IMG/VR virus record: IMGVR_UViG_3300037424_001306
Span: 1 to 27,358 of that record
Length of the DNA stretch: 27,358 nucleotides
Strand: one strand, 5' to 3'
DNA from: a virus
Taxonomy: Duplodnaviria > Caudoviricetes
Every line of letters begins with the position of its first letter. Position 1 is the first letter of the stretch. Positions 8,801-18,068 of the stretch are shown here, piece by piece. Under the pieces are notes generated by a model. That model worked only from the letters and a program-made list of their open reading frames with translations. It made no database searches and had not been told where the DNA came from. The position numbers were made by a program, and so were the translations under genes.

Positions 8801-11800
8801 AAATTAAAAGATCTTAGGAGTGACAATAATATAAAACATACTGATGCAGAGGACATAAAGACTGCTAGAATAAAAGAAATAAATCAAACTCTTCATGACA
8901 AACTTGTTGAGATTGAAACAAAGCTAGCAGACAAGAGAAAGGAATTTGCAGAAAAAAGAGTTGATATTGTAAAAAATGCTACCCAAAGAATAAAGGATAT
9001 TGAAAGTTCAACAGAAGATAAGTTGAGATCAATCCGTCAGAGAGGCATGTCTGATGTTCAAAAAGATGCTGACAATAGAAATGCTGCTAATAAAAAACTT
9101 AAAGAAGGGCAAGAACTTGTAGAACAGGCAAAGAAAAATGGTGATACTGCTGCACTCGAAAGAGGAACGAGACTTATTAATCAAGCGTCTGATTTATATT
9201 CTGGATTGGAAAGTCAAAAAACTGCAACAAATGGTGTTAAGAAAGCTTCTGATGAGTTGAAAGAAGCAGAAAAAGTAAGAACAAAAATTGCACTTCAAGA
9301 CCTAGCTAAAAAAGTTAAAGAAGAAGAAAAGGCTGCAGCAAGATCTATACAGATTGCAAAAGAAGCTGCTGCCAATGATAAAGAAAAGGCAAAAACTTCT
9401 TATGATCAGAAGCTTCAAAAAGCTGATGAATATTATGCAAAGGAAATAAAGCTTGAGGAAAAGAATCATGCAGATAAATTAGAAAATATCAAAATTCAAA
9501 TTGATAAATATAATGAAAAACTTGAACTTATTGAAAAAGAAAAAGGATTAGTTTTAGATCTTATTACTCAGCAACAAAATCTTGGTAATACAGAAGCAGG
9601 TTCTGAGGTATGGACCAAAGCTAATGCTGCTACAGAGGAAGCAATACAAAAGGTTGGCGACTATGGTAAAGCTGTTGACGGTATTAATGATAAAGAAGTA
9701 AATATTAAATTAACTGGTGAAGCATCTCCCAAAGCACCACTTGGAGAAAAACTCGAAGAAATAAAAAGAAAGTTTGCAGAAATATCAACAGAAATAATTG
9801 TTAATGTTATTTTCAAAACAGACGGTGCAGATCTAAGTACTGGACTACAAACTGTTAAAAAACAAATAGAATCTTTAGAAGTTATTATCCCAGTGATTGT
9901 TGATATATCTCAACTTGATGCAGTTATAAAACTCATAAATGAGTATAAGAAAAAAGATTTCCAGGTTGTTGTTGTGGTGGATAAAAGGCAATTAACAGAT
10001 ACAGAAAATATTTATAAAAGACTTGTCAAAAAGACTGTTGATATAATAATTAAAGTTTCTGGATATGATAATCTTATAAAAGCTAAAAACTTGATTGATA
10101 GCATTAGATCAAAAACTGTTACTATCACAACAAGACACGTTGAAGTAAAAGCAAAGGCTATGGGTGGATACATAGAACCAGAACAGTATGCTTCTGGTGG
10201 TAATGTATTCAAACGTCTATCTTCCAGGTTTATCTCAAGTGGTGGTGGAAAGAAAGATGATGTCCCTGCGCTACTTATGAAGGGTGAGTTTGTACAAAAA
10301 GTAGATGCTGTTAAAAAGTATGGCAAAAACTTTATGGCAAGGTTAAATGCTGGACTTATTCCAAAATCTGTAACAAAGATGTTTAGTAATGGTGGAGATG
10401 TACAGCCAGAACATTATGCTAGAGGTGGTCATGTAGGTCATAGCAATATATCTTCAATGTTAGAATTTCTTCCAGCAGGGAGGAGAAAGAAAATTCTTGA
10501 TTTGTTTGAAGATAAGATAACAAAAATGAGTGCATCTAAGATAGGTGAGAAAGCTAGTAGCATTACAACAGAAATTGGTCAAACAAGTATTGCTAAAATG
10601 TCTGCTACTATGGCTCAAGCAGTAGCATCATTTGCAACTGGTGGAAGTATTAATCAAAACCTTGCAGATCTTTCTTCTCAGAAGCAACAAATAAATAGTG
10701 ATTATTCACTAAGAGTTTCTGAACAAGAAGCACTTGGTAATACTCAGATAGCAGAACTGCTTACTAAAGAAAAAGATGGACTATTAGCTATATCTGAAAA
10801 TTTAAAGCAAGAATTGTCTAATCTTAAAGCAGAGTATGACGAATACGTTAAAGATGCTACAGAAGCTTTCAATAAAGACAAATCTGATCGTGACAATGAA
10901 TATCAAAAAAACTCAGCAGCAAGTAAAAAAGATTTCGATGAAGGTAATACAGATGATGACTATCAATATACTAAGGACCAAGAATCTCATACAAAAGATA
11001 AATTGGCTCTTGACGAAGAATACAAAGCAAAAGAAGCAGAAGTATATTCAAACCTAGTTTCTAATAGAGAAGATCTTCAAGAAAAAGCCAATAACCTAGA
11101 AAATCTTGCTAAGTTTGTCGTTGAGATTGGCAATATAAATGGCGGAAGAAGATATATTAGTGAAGATGAATTTTATTTTAAGGAAAATTTTACTCCAACA
11201 AAGTGGATTGGAGATCCAAAAAATCCAGATAGAAAAATGATAGAGTTGCAAATAGCAACTGCATTTACTCATGGTAAAGATACTCTCGGTGAAAAAGGTA
11301 AGAGCGATGCATTAAATAATTTAGAAAAACTTTGGTCAGAATTTGAAGTTTCAAAGAGCAGTATTGCACAACAAGGTGTAGAAAACCCTGTTAGAATGTT
11401 ACAAGAGGCTGGTTTTCTTGATCTACAGGGTCTTGCGAAATCTATTAACTCAGAAGAGAAAGAAGATAAGATTACAGAGCTTGATGGAAGCTTCAAAAAA
11501 GTTACGGATAGTTACAATAAATCAAAAAGTGAAAGAAAAGCATCATATTCAGAAACTAGTGCAGAGAATTTAGCTGCTTATAACGAAGAGTCTGCAGATG
11601 CAAAAAAATCGTTCGATGAATTACTTGCCGATACTAAAAAACAGTATGAAGAAAATGTTTCTTCTGCTACAGAAAATGGTAAAAGTCTTAGTGATGAACT
11701 TAGGGAAAGTACAAAGTATGACGTAGAGTCAATAAAAAGTTCTTTGTCTGAAAATTTAGCCCAATTAAAAGATGATAGAGATTCTCAGCTAAGAAATGTA

Positions 11801-12493
11801 GAAAGTGCTGGAGAGTCTGGTTCAGATATATATAATGAACCAGACCCATATACGAATACAACATATGATACTCCAACATTAAGGGAAACTGAGCCATATG
11901 TTCCTAGTGCATTTGAAAATATAAAAGTTCCAGAAGCATATAGAGAAGATTTGAATGAATCAGAAGCTAGGGTTGTTAAAAGAGATTCTCCATTGAATAC
12001 TATACCTCAATTGCTTTCTAAATTGAACCAAAGAAGAACAGAAGATAATGGAGCTGTTAAATCTGATAGTTTTATACCAAAATCCAAACCAGTTCAAAAT
12101 ATATCATCAACATTATTTGAGCTTTTAAAAAGAAAGTATGGTATATTTGGGTTTAATTCTGGTGGTTATGTTAATCCAACCTCAAGTTCTGTTCCTGGAA
12201 AAGACTCTATACTATCTGCTTTAACTCCTGATGAATATGTTATGAAAGCATCTGTTGTTAGAAAGTTTGGAAAAGGATTCTTTGATTCTCTTAATAATTT
12301 CAGAATACCACAATTTAATACTGGTGGACTTGTTGAAGGTGGAAGCTCTATGATAAGTGGAGAAGCAACAGAGACAGTTAGACATACCCTAGATTTAACT
12401 ATAAATGGGTCTACAAAGGGAACTTTAATAGGAAGTGGTCCAACTATATCTGACATATTAAATGATTTAACATTAGCAAAATTGAGGTCATAA
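5801..12493 (+). CDS. Tail tape measure protein, TP901-family core
   Basis: 2230 aa, Ala/Lys/Glu-rich and helical; TP901-type segment (ARAMGESTRYTAKDAAEALKALAMTGL...LKYVGPVA...GYRGSKAGTTLR); C-terminal FA.GG / GEFV motifs. Confidence 0.95.
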   Translation: MAGDISKSINIAINVINGVSNQVGSIVASFGKITESVNKSTKAVENLNNQLNNLNLKPFTTNTRAANKQVGALGKSSQKTEASFSQWGYALGSASTGLSKFGTQIYGVTRGFSAVSKEMGLAMAAFTTSFATLFALKGVIKDIVEFDDAIRSAGAVAQASSTQLTQLSDAARAMGESTRYTAKDAAEALKALAMTGLDVNESIATLPTVLNLAAAANMDLGESADIVTNIMVGYGKTVADLPHIADLMTASFTNSNTSLQELGVALKYVGPVANAAGQSIEETTGILSSLANAGYRGSKAGTTLRTAFARLLSPTNKMSKALDHYGISMNDLVNENGTLKSFTTILDLMGKKSITAGDALTIFGKRAGPGMLALIGQGTPALEEMNRKIAESEGVALKVAYEMEAGLGGALRKLKSMWEEVSIAVGKTIEQDVQGFLEALTKSLKENKDQIIAVTSVMFKFVGVIAKVVGWLAQFILKHIKVISAMAAITASMKLLTMTSKQFMAIGIVNYFVKLYGSIKWSGIAFGIAGIANSLNTYSGAAKTATNINATLALQGLASTPYAAIKVGLYNIASGLVSVAVAAAKAAIAFMTANPVILGLTVAIGGLLALTKLLDNDYEGVAKSATKMATAAKEVNRELEYQLVELKLVDKEFKRDGATKFGDAEERLRDVIRKSNLSIEDKVKYLKKSREGTDSTKEAISELIEKIEAEKKANDDKQISKTTEARLAQAKAVEEQAKKLEYFYGVQVDGKTRLNKVEKASAELDKLNINQKAILWIKKKLGYLKDELDKYDELEAQQKIIGSNYGVMTAQMITSKKTAEEFKEAVVASGAASEDVDSLTAAYVKLQTQAEANKEVMDDLIKLSASAMEKLEDEAVKKIEIFKSENQDREAIAKQTLYNLAVLEAQGVVDHETAEMAKLQATLTSSQARVDAAKATYNTIDELAVDGREKAMEQIVAAEEEAANVRLQILQKIAEAEKVANEKIGSFNKKRIDENSRSETKLKDLRSDNNIKHTDAEDIKTARIKEINQTLHDKLVEIETKLADKRKEFAEKRVDIVKNATQRIKDIESSTEDKLRSIRQRGMSDVQKDADNRNAANKKLKEGQELVEQAKKNGDTAALERGTRLINQASDLYSGLESQKTATNGVKKASDELKEAEKVRTKIALQDLAKKVKEEEKAAARSIQIAKEAAANDKEKAKTSYDQKLQKADEYYAKEIKLEEKNHADKLENIKIQIDKYNEKLELIEKEKGLVLDLITQQQNLGNTEAGSEVWTKANAATEEAIQKVGDYGKAVDGINDKEVNIKLTGEASPKAPLGEKLEEIKRKFAEISTEIIVNVIFKTDGADLSTGLQTVKKQIESLEVIIPVIVDISQLDAVIKLINEYKKKDFQVVVVVDKRQLTDTENIYKRLVKKTVDIIIKVSGYDNLIKAKNLIDSIRSKTVTITTRHVEVKAKAMGGYIEPEQYASGGNVFKRLSSRFISSGGGKKDDVPALLMKGEFVQKVDAVKKYGKNFMARLNAGLIPKSVTKMFSNGGDVQPEHYARGGHVGHSNISSMLEFLPAGRRKKILDLFEDKITKMSASKIGEKASSITTEIGQTSIAKMSATMAQAVASFATGGSINQNLADLSSQKQQINSDYSLRVSEQEALGNTQIAELLTKEKDGLLAISENLKQELSNLKAEYDEYVKDATEAFNKDKSDRDNEYQKNSAASKKDFDEGNTDDDYQYTKDQESHTKDKLALDEEYKAKEAEVYSNLVSNREDLQEKANNLENLAKFVVEIGNINGGRRYISEDEFYFKENFTPTKWIGDPKNPDRKMIELQIATAFTHGKDTLGEKGKSDALNNLEKLWSEFEVSKSSIAQQGVENPVRMLQEAGFLDLQGLAKSINSEEKEDKITELDGSFKKVTDSYNKSKSERKASYSETSAENLAAYNEESADAKKSFDELLADTKKQYEENVSSATENGKSLSDELRESTKYDVESIKSSLSENLAQLKDDRDSQLRNVESAGESGSDIYNEPDPYTNTTYDTPTLRETEPYVPSAFENIKVPEAYREDLNESEARVVKRDSPLNTIPQLLSKLNQRRTEDNGAVKSDSFIPKSKPVQNISSTLFELLKRKYGIFGFNSGGYVNPTSSSVPGKDSILSALTPDEYVMKASVVRKFGKGFFDSLNNFRIPQFNTGGLVEGGSSMISGEATETVRHTLDLTINGSTKGTLIGSGPTISDILNDLTLAKLRS

Positions 12494-12999
12494 TGGGATC
12501 AACATACGACGATTACGTTTGGAGATTATTTTCAGTAGCACCATATCCAATTCACGATGTGGTGTTACCTAAAGATCTCGAATGGACAAACGAGTTTACT
12601 TGGAATCCAATAACACAAGAAATAAAGAACTCGGTGACTGGCTCTATATTTATAAACGAATATGAGCAACTCCAGGGTAGACAAATTACTCTGGAGGGCA
12701 AAGATGATATGGCATGGATACAAAGATCATTGGTTGATAAATTATTAGCAATGAGAAATACAATTGGTCTTAAAATGACATTAAATTTCGTTAGTGCCTC
12801 ATATGATGAAGATACACAAATATGGTCCTTTGGAACCGTATATAAAACATTTAATGTAATGTTTAGACATAGTGAAACACCTATAGATTTTGAGAGTGTT
12901 AAAAGATTTGGGAACTTCGAATCAGATTCTTGGTTTAAAATTAAAAATATAAGATTAATGGAAATTGGTGATTCAGATCCGATTAATCCATGTGTATAA
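12493..12999 (+). CDS. Putative distal tail (Dit-like) protein
   Basis: Directly after the tape measure gene with TAATG coupling; LPKDLEWTNEFTWNP.TQ...SVTGS...GRQITL motif. Confidence 0.7.
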   Translation: MGSTYDDYVWRLFSVAPYPIHDVVLPKDLEWTNEFTWNPITQEIKNSVTGSIFINEYEQLQGRQITLEGKDDMAWIQRSLVDKLLAMRNTIGLKMTLNFVSASYDEDTQIWSFGTVYKTFNVMFRHSETPIDFESVKRFGNFESDSWFKIKNIRLMEIGDSDPINPCV

Positions 13000-13260
13000 A
13001 TGATACTTATGAGGAAACAAACATATTTAATATTAAATAATGTTAATAGTAGAAGATATATTTAACAAGATTCTGGTAAAGATATCGCAAAAGCATTTAG
13101 TTCACGGGGCAATTGGTATGACAGGGAAGATTATTAATATTGATGGTATTTTATATTGAAGTCAGAATATTGCAGCAGAGTCTATTGGGGGTTAGTGTAA
13201 GAACAATAGGTAGAAGATTAAAAATCGAAAAATTTCCAAATATTGTTTATATTGATTATT
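13000..13260 (+). pseudogene. Decayed GIY-YIG homing endonuclease with a NUMOD1/HTH-like tail
   Basis: From ATG 13000: MILMRKQTYLILNNVNSRRYI* (TAA 13063). From 13118: MTGKIINIDGILY*SQNIAAESIG, then a frameshift in the G5 run (13187-13191) to VSVRTIGRRLKIEKFPNIVYID. Confidence 0.7.
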
Positions 13261-13308
13261 ATAATCAAAATAACATAGTTGTGATAGTAGTTGTAATTAG
13301 GAGGTTTT

Positions 13309-16300
13309 ATGAGTGACATAAATAAAAGTGATATAAAACTAATGCAATCTCAAAGACTTGATGATACTGATCAAGGTGGTGGGCAAATGACATCACAAGA
13401 GGTGGTTGATGGACAGGTTAATAACCTATTTCCAGATATATCTCGTCTTGATCGTGTTTACGGTAGAGTGTCTATGAGAAAAGCATATTTAGCAGTACAA
13501 ACAAGTGCTAGAGAAACGTATTATGGATCACATACTATATTAACAGAGCAAGCATCAGATCCAAATGTATACGTTTGTTTCTTTTCAAGCGAGGATTGGT
13601 TCGACACTAGAACTGATGCAAGAGATAGAATTGAAGCATACTTAGTAAAAGGACCGAATGCAAAAATGAGTCTATGGGGAACACATTATAGAGGAACTAG
13701 TGCGTTATCATTCTTTACTCATATTGATTGGCCTATACCAGAAATTGGTGATGTTCTCGTAATAAAAGATTTAAATAATGAACAATATGTTAGAATAATA
13801 GATGCATCAAGTGAGGCAAGAGAGTTTTATGACTCAACAAATTACTTTAGAAAAGTTGTAAGTATTAAAATAGGATCTCAATTAGAACATGATTTTGTTG
13901 GTGTAGAAGCAAATGCTACTTGGTCATTTACTACAGATCCTACACAAATATATACAACTGTAGCTGCTGATGCATCAAAATATTATGGAGTAAGTACATT
14001 AAAAGAAAATGTAGTTGCAGGAAGCTTACAAATAAGAGTTGATAATATACAAACATCTTTGGTTCCATCCGCTGCATCAGAAACAGCAATAATTGATGCT
14101 GGTGCTGGTACTTCCATTTCTCCACTAATACAAACAAATCCAAATGAAGAAATAACAGTAACAAGAAGTATATTATTTAATATAGCATCAAACTCAAAAC
14201 TTTATATTGGGGAGGGAATTATTCCTGGGACGTTTACGTGGGTTGGTGGAGTAACATTAACAGATGATGAAAAGGGTAATATTTACAGTGGATCTACAAT
14301 AGTTGGTTCTATCACATATGAAACTGGAATAATTACATTTGGAAATCCTGGAGTAACAACTTCTGGAACTGGAACTGTAACATATAGACCAGCATGCACA
14401 TTGAGACAATTCTCAGATAGTGGCGCAATAAAAGTAGAAACAAATAATAGAGGATTTGTTTATACATATAATTGTTATCCAATCCCTCAATCTGGTACAG
14501 TGAAAATAGAATATTTAGCTGGTGGCAAATGGTATACACTTTGGGATCAAGGGAATGGACAATTACTTGGTAGTGATGAAACAATTGGTTCTGGATTCTT
14601 TAATATAAACACTGGATCTTTGTCTGTTACATTTGGTGTTATGCCAGATGTTGGATCAAAAATTTTAATATTTTGGGTTAAACCATCAGAGTATTATGAC
14701 CTTTCTGGAGAAACATTATTCTTAAATTATGAATTCACCACAAATAATCCAGCAGTTGCAAGAAATACATTCTCTGTTGAATGGGGATATACAGATGGAC
14801 ATAATACAGTTGGCGCATTTGATGATGGTAATTCAGGTCTTATAAGAAAGGTATGGAATACTGAAACCGTATCATGGGATACAACTGGCGAAGATATGGG
14901 TTCGATAAAGTATGCTACAGGATTTATTAATTTAAAACCAATTGGAGCAAATCTTCCAACAGCTTCTGAAAACTTTACTATTAAATATAGTTATGGTGCT
15001 CCAGAAGAACATACATTCATTGCTCCACCAAGAAATCCAGGTGATGGAACGATAACATTAGATATAGTTAATACTCCAATCCTGCCACATACTCTTAAAA
15101 TAGAGTGGCATACGTTGGCTGAAGTATATGAACCAGAAACAGTTATTTTAACGATTACTAGAATAGATCCTGTATATACATTTTATGATGATGGTGATGG
15201 AAATATTGCAGATGGAACTATTGATTATGATACTGGAATAATAAACTTTATGCCAGATAGAACAACAAGTATGCCAGTTGCTAATTATGAATGGATTCCA
15301 TCTGATTGGACCAGTAGTACTGTTGAAATGACATATACTTTCACAAATATACAATACTTCCCACAGGCATCTATATTTCCTGCGGATGGGAATGTTGTTG
15401 TTTCATATTGTACAACAGATGGCGCCAATGCAGATGAATATACTGGAACGTTAACACCAATATATAAAATAAAAGAGGATAAAGTTTCCATGGAAATAAT
15501 TCCTGGTGGACTCAGCGTATTATCTTCTGGTCCACAATATTTAATAGACGGTGGGGATGGAAAACTTTATACTCATGTTGATGGTGTTTCAAATGGAAAT
15601 GTACACGTAGGAAACATAAATTATGTTAATAAAACATTTCAGATAATTTCAGATTCTATTGATTTAAGATACATGACTATATTATTTTGCTCTGGTAGTG
15701 GAATGGTAGAACCAATGCAAACTATTGTGTTTAGAGTACCTGGAGCACCTATTCGTCCAGGAAGTTTCTTTATTAGAGCAACGGCAAATGACGGTACAGT
15801 TTTAGAAGGAACTTCTAATTTCTCTGGAGACATAACCGGATCTAGTATTAATGGGCATATAGATTTTAATACAGGTATTTGTGATGTTACATTTGGTAAA
15901 TTTATACCAGATACAGAACAAGTTAAATTACAAGATTGGTATAATCCTGAATTATCAGATGGAGTAAATGTATGGTTTCCTTATGTTGTTAGAGCAACTA
16001 CAATACTTTTTAACTGTGTAATAACATCGTATCTTCCATTAGATCCTGATCTACTTGGTCTTGATCCTGTTAGATTACCATTAGATGGAAAGGTTCCAAT
16101 TTTTAGAGATGGATATATAATAGTAGTTCATAATTCTCTAGAAGAATTTATGCCATTTCCTTTAGATACTGGATTAGTATTACCTGCCGACAAAACAGAA
16201 AGCGTTGGTAGAACAGGTGTTGACTTAATAGAGGCATATGCATATCCAACAAATACACAAATATCAGAAGGTACTCAAACAGTTCCTATGATTATCCAAG

Positions 16301-17010
16301 AAATAGGAAATTATACATATGACTTGGATGCAGGAACTATAACATTTCTATCTGGTTTCTCATATCCAACAGATAATGAAGGAACACAAAATCAAATAGT
16401 TGTTTTGTCAAGGATAGAAGATATGTGTTTAGCGTCTGATGTACAAGTAACAGGACATATAGCTATAACTAGTCCTCTGGTTCATGATTATCCAATGAAC
16501 GATACTTTGGTATCTAGTGTATTACCTTCCGCAGATCTTCAATCAAGAGCGTATAATGAGTTTGAGCAAAGTTCTTGGTCTGGAGTTTGGTCTAACAATA
16601 GAATAGGAGCAGAACCTTTAGCTAGTTACAACTTTGTTGATTATCCTATTACTGTTATTAATAGACCATCAATCATGGAAAGATGGTTGATTTTATTCTC
16701 AACATCGACTACAATATCAATTATTGGAGAAAATTTCGGTGTATTGGCTCAAAATGTATCAATAGTAAATGGTAATGCAATAATCGGTGGAAACAACTGT
16801 GTAGCTGTAGAGAATAGACAATTTCCAGGTGAGTATTATTTCATAATAAGATGTGATGGTTTTGGTGCTGGATGGGCATCTGGAAACTGTATCAGGTTTA
16901 ATCAAGATGCAGCTAACTTTCCACTTTGGTTTGTCAGAACAACATTACAAGCACCACCTACAGAACCCATAGATCATTATACAATCCAAATTCGTGGCGA
17001 TAGTTCATAA
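13309..17010 (+). CDS. Large tail-tip/baseplate structural protein
   Basis: Conserved phage N-terminus DIKLMQSQRLDDTDQGGGQMT..EVVDG.VNNLFPDISRLDRVYGRVSMRK; LGLDPVRLPLDGKVPIFR; C-terminal GWASGNCIRFN...IRGD; SD AGGAGG. Confidence 0.8.
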   Translation: MSDINKSDIKLMQSQRLDDTDQGGGQMTSQEVVDGQVNNLFPDISRLDRVYGRVSMRKAYLAVQTSARETYYGSHTILTEQASDPNVYVCFFSSEDWFDTRTDARDRIEAYLVKGPNAKMSLWGTHYRGTSALSFFTHIDWPIPEIGDVLVIKDLNNEQYVRIIDASSEAREFYDSTNYFRKVVSIKIGSQLEHDFVGVEANATWSFTTDPTQIYTTVAADASKYYGVSTLKENVVAGSLQIRVDNIQTSLVPSAASETAIIDAGAGTSISPLIQTNPNEEITVTRSILFNIASNSKLYIGEGIIPGTFTWVGGVTLTDDEKGNIYSGSTIVGSITYETGIITFGNPGVTTSGTGTVTYRPACTLRQFSDSGAIKVETNNRGFVYTYNCYPIPQSGTVKIEYLAGGKWYTLWDQGNGQLLGSDETIGSGFFNINTGSLSVTFGVMPDVGSKILIFWVKPSEYYDLSGETLFLNYEFTTNNPAVARNTFSVEWGYTDGHNTVGAFDDGNSGLIRKVWNTETVSWDTTGEDMGSIKYATGFINLKPIGANLPTASENFTIKYSYGAPEEHTFIAPPRNPGDGTITLDIVNTPILPHTLKIEWHTLAEVYEPETVILTITRIDPVYTFYDDGDGNIADGTIDYDTGIINFMPDRTTSMPVANYEWIPSDWTSSTVEMTYTFTNIQYFPQASIFPADGNVVVSYCTTDGANADEYTGTLTPIYKIKEDKVSMEIIPGGLSVLSSGPQYLIDGGDGKLYTHVDGVSNGNVHVGNINYVNKTFQIISDSIDLRYMTILFCSGSGMVEPMQTIVFRVPGAPIRPGSFFIRATANDGTVLEGTSNFSGDITGSSINGHIDFNTGICDVTFGKFIPDTEQVKLQDWYNPELSDGVNVWFPYVVRATTILFNCVITSYLPLDPDLLGLDPVRLPLDGKVPIFRDGYIIVVHNSLEEFMPFPLDTGLVLPADKTESVGRTGVDLIEAYAYPTNTQISEGTQTVPMIIQEIGNYTYDLDAGTITFLSGFSYPTDNEGTQNQIVVLSRIEDMCLASDVQVTGHIAITSPLVHDYPMNDTLVSSVLPSADLQSRAYNEFEQSSWSGVWSNNRIGAEPLASYNFVDYPITVINRPSIMERWLILFSTSTTISIIGENFGVLAQNVSIVNGNAIIGGNNCVAVENRQFPGEYYFIIRCDGFGAGWASGNCIRFNQDAANFPLWFVRTTLQAPPTEPIDHYTIQIRGDSS

Positions 17011-17023
17011 TACACAAATGTAT

Positions 17024-17059
17024 ATTCGATGTCAATAAAAATATTGGCATCGAATTTTT
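17024..17059 (+). terminator. Probable intrinsic terminator/attenuator
   Basis: ATTCGATGTCAATA (17024-17037) pairs with TATTGGCATCGAAT (17042-17055, one G-U pair), followed by a T-run. Confidence 0.55.
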
Positions 17060-17072
17060 ATAAGGGGAAAAG

Positions 17073-18068
17073 ATGGCATCAGTATTAAGAGAGTCTACAG
17101 ATGATTCAGCACCAGTTCTTACGTCAGAAGCAGGATCATTGATAAATGTTCTAAAAAAAGTATTAGTAGAAGGATATGGAGCACAATCTCCTCTTGGATG
17201 GACAGTTATGTTTGATGATCTTGTATCAAATGAATGTGTTTTTAGAGCTAATTCTGGAACAAGATTTCCTATAAAAATAAGTGATAATAGATCAGAAATA
17301 TCTTATAATTCGGCATTTGTATTTGCTTATGAAAATATGGCAAGTGTTGATATAGGGTACATGCAATGTCCAAATCCAGATGATAGAAATTACGCATGCA
17401 TATTTAAAAGTTCAAGCAATAGTGGAACATCTCCAATACAATGGAAAATAATTGGTGACGATAAAGGATTCTGGATATTAACAAGACCGTTTTTTAATGA
17501 ATATCCAACTAATTATGAATACGGTTGGTTTTGGGAGCCTCATTATATTGGTGACTATACTTCAATTCCTATTAACAATCCTTATAATTTTGTAACATTA
17601 TTGCACCATTCAAATGGATATGGATATTTTAGAGGAGTACAATATGGTGATCCATTATGGCTAATGAGAGACCCATTAACAAAAGAACCTGGATGTATAA
17701 ATACTTATGCATCTTCATGGCACCTAGGGTTAACTTATTTATTTGGAAATAATATGAATGCTCTTGGAGTATCTCCTTCCGATGGAAAATATCTTTATGA
17801 AAATGTATCAATCATTGCAAATGAAAGACCATGTGGAACTCTACCAGGATTTTTAAATATGTTATGGAGATGTTCTTCTTTCTCAATAAATACGTCATAT
17901 TATAATATGAATAGTCAAGAAGTAGAATCTTTTTTTGAGCAAGACGGTGAAAAAAAGATTTTTGTTTTTCCATTTAGAGATTTTTCTAATTCTGCAACTA
18001 CTCTTGGAAGCACAGGGAATACACATCGTGGATCAATATTGATAGGCGAGGGATTTAGAAATGTATAA
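17073..18068 (+). CDS. Tail-tip associated structural protein (possible fibre/receptor-binding component)
   Basis: STDDSAPVLTSEAGSLINVLKKVLVEGYG...LGW N-terminus of a type commonly seen in this tail module; aromatic-rich C-half. Confidence 0.65.
   Translation: MASVLRESTDDSAPVLTSEAGSLINVLKKVLVEGYGAQSPLGWTVMFDDLVSNECVFRANSGTRFPIKISDNRSEISYNSAFVFAYENMASVDIGYMQCPNPDDRNYACIFKSSSNSGTSPIQWKIIGDDKGFWILTRPFFNEYPTNYEYGWFWEPHYIGDYTSIPINNPYNFVTLLHHSNGYGYFRGVQYGDPLWLMRDPLTKEPGCINTYASSWHLGLTYLFGNNMNALGVSPSDGKYLYENVSIIANERPCGTLPGFLNMLWRCSSFSINTSYYNMNSQEVESFFEQDGEKKIFVFPFRDFSNSATTLGSTGNTHRGSILIGEGFRNV

Noticed and set aside
13063-13159. Stop-codon reassignment explaining the in-frame stops
   Set aside because: Both TAA and TGA occur along with frameshifts, and TGA, TAG and TAA all end genes normally elsewhere (2105, 5507, 24912, 628).
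4200-17010. Contractile injection system, tailocin or gene transfer agent
   Set aside because: No sheath or wedge genes; capsid, scaffold and neck genes are present and the tape measure protein is very long, as in an ordinary siphovirus.
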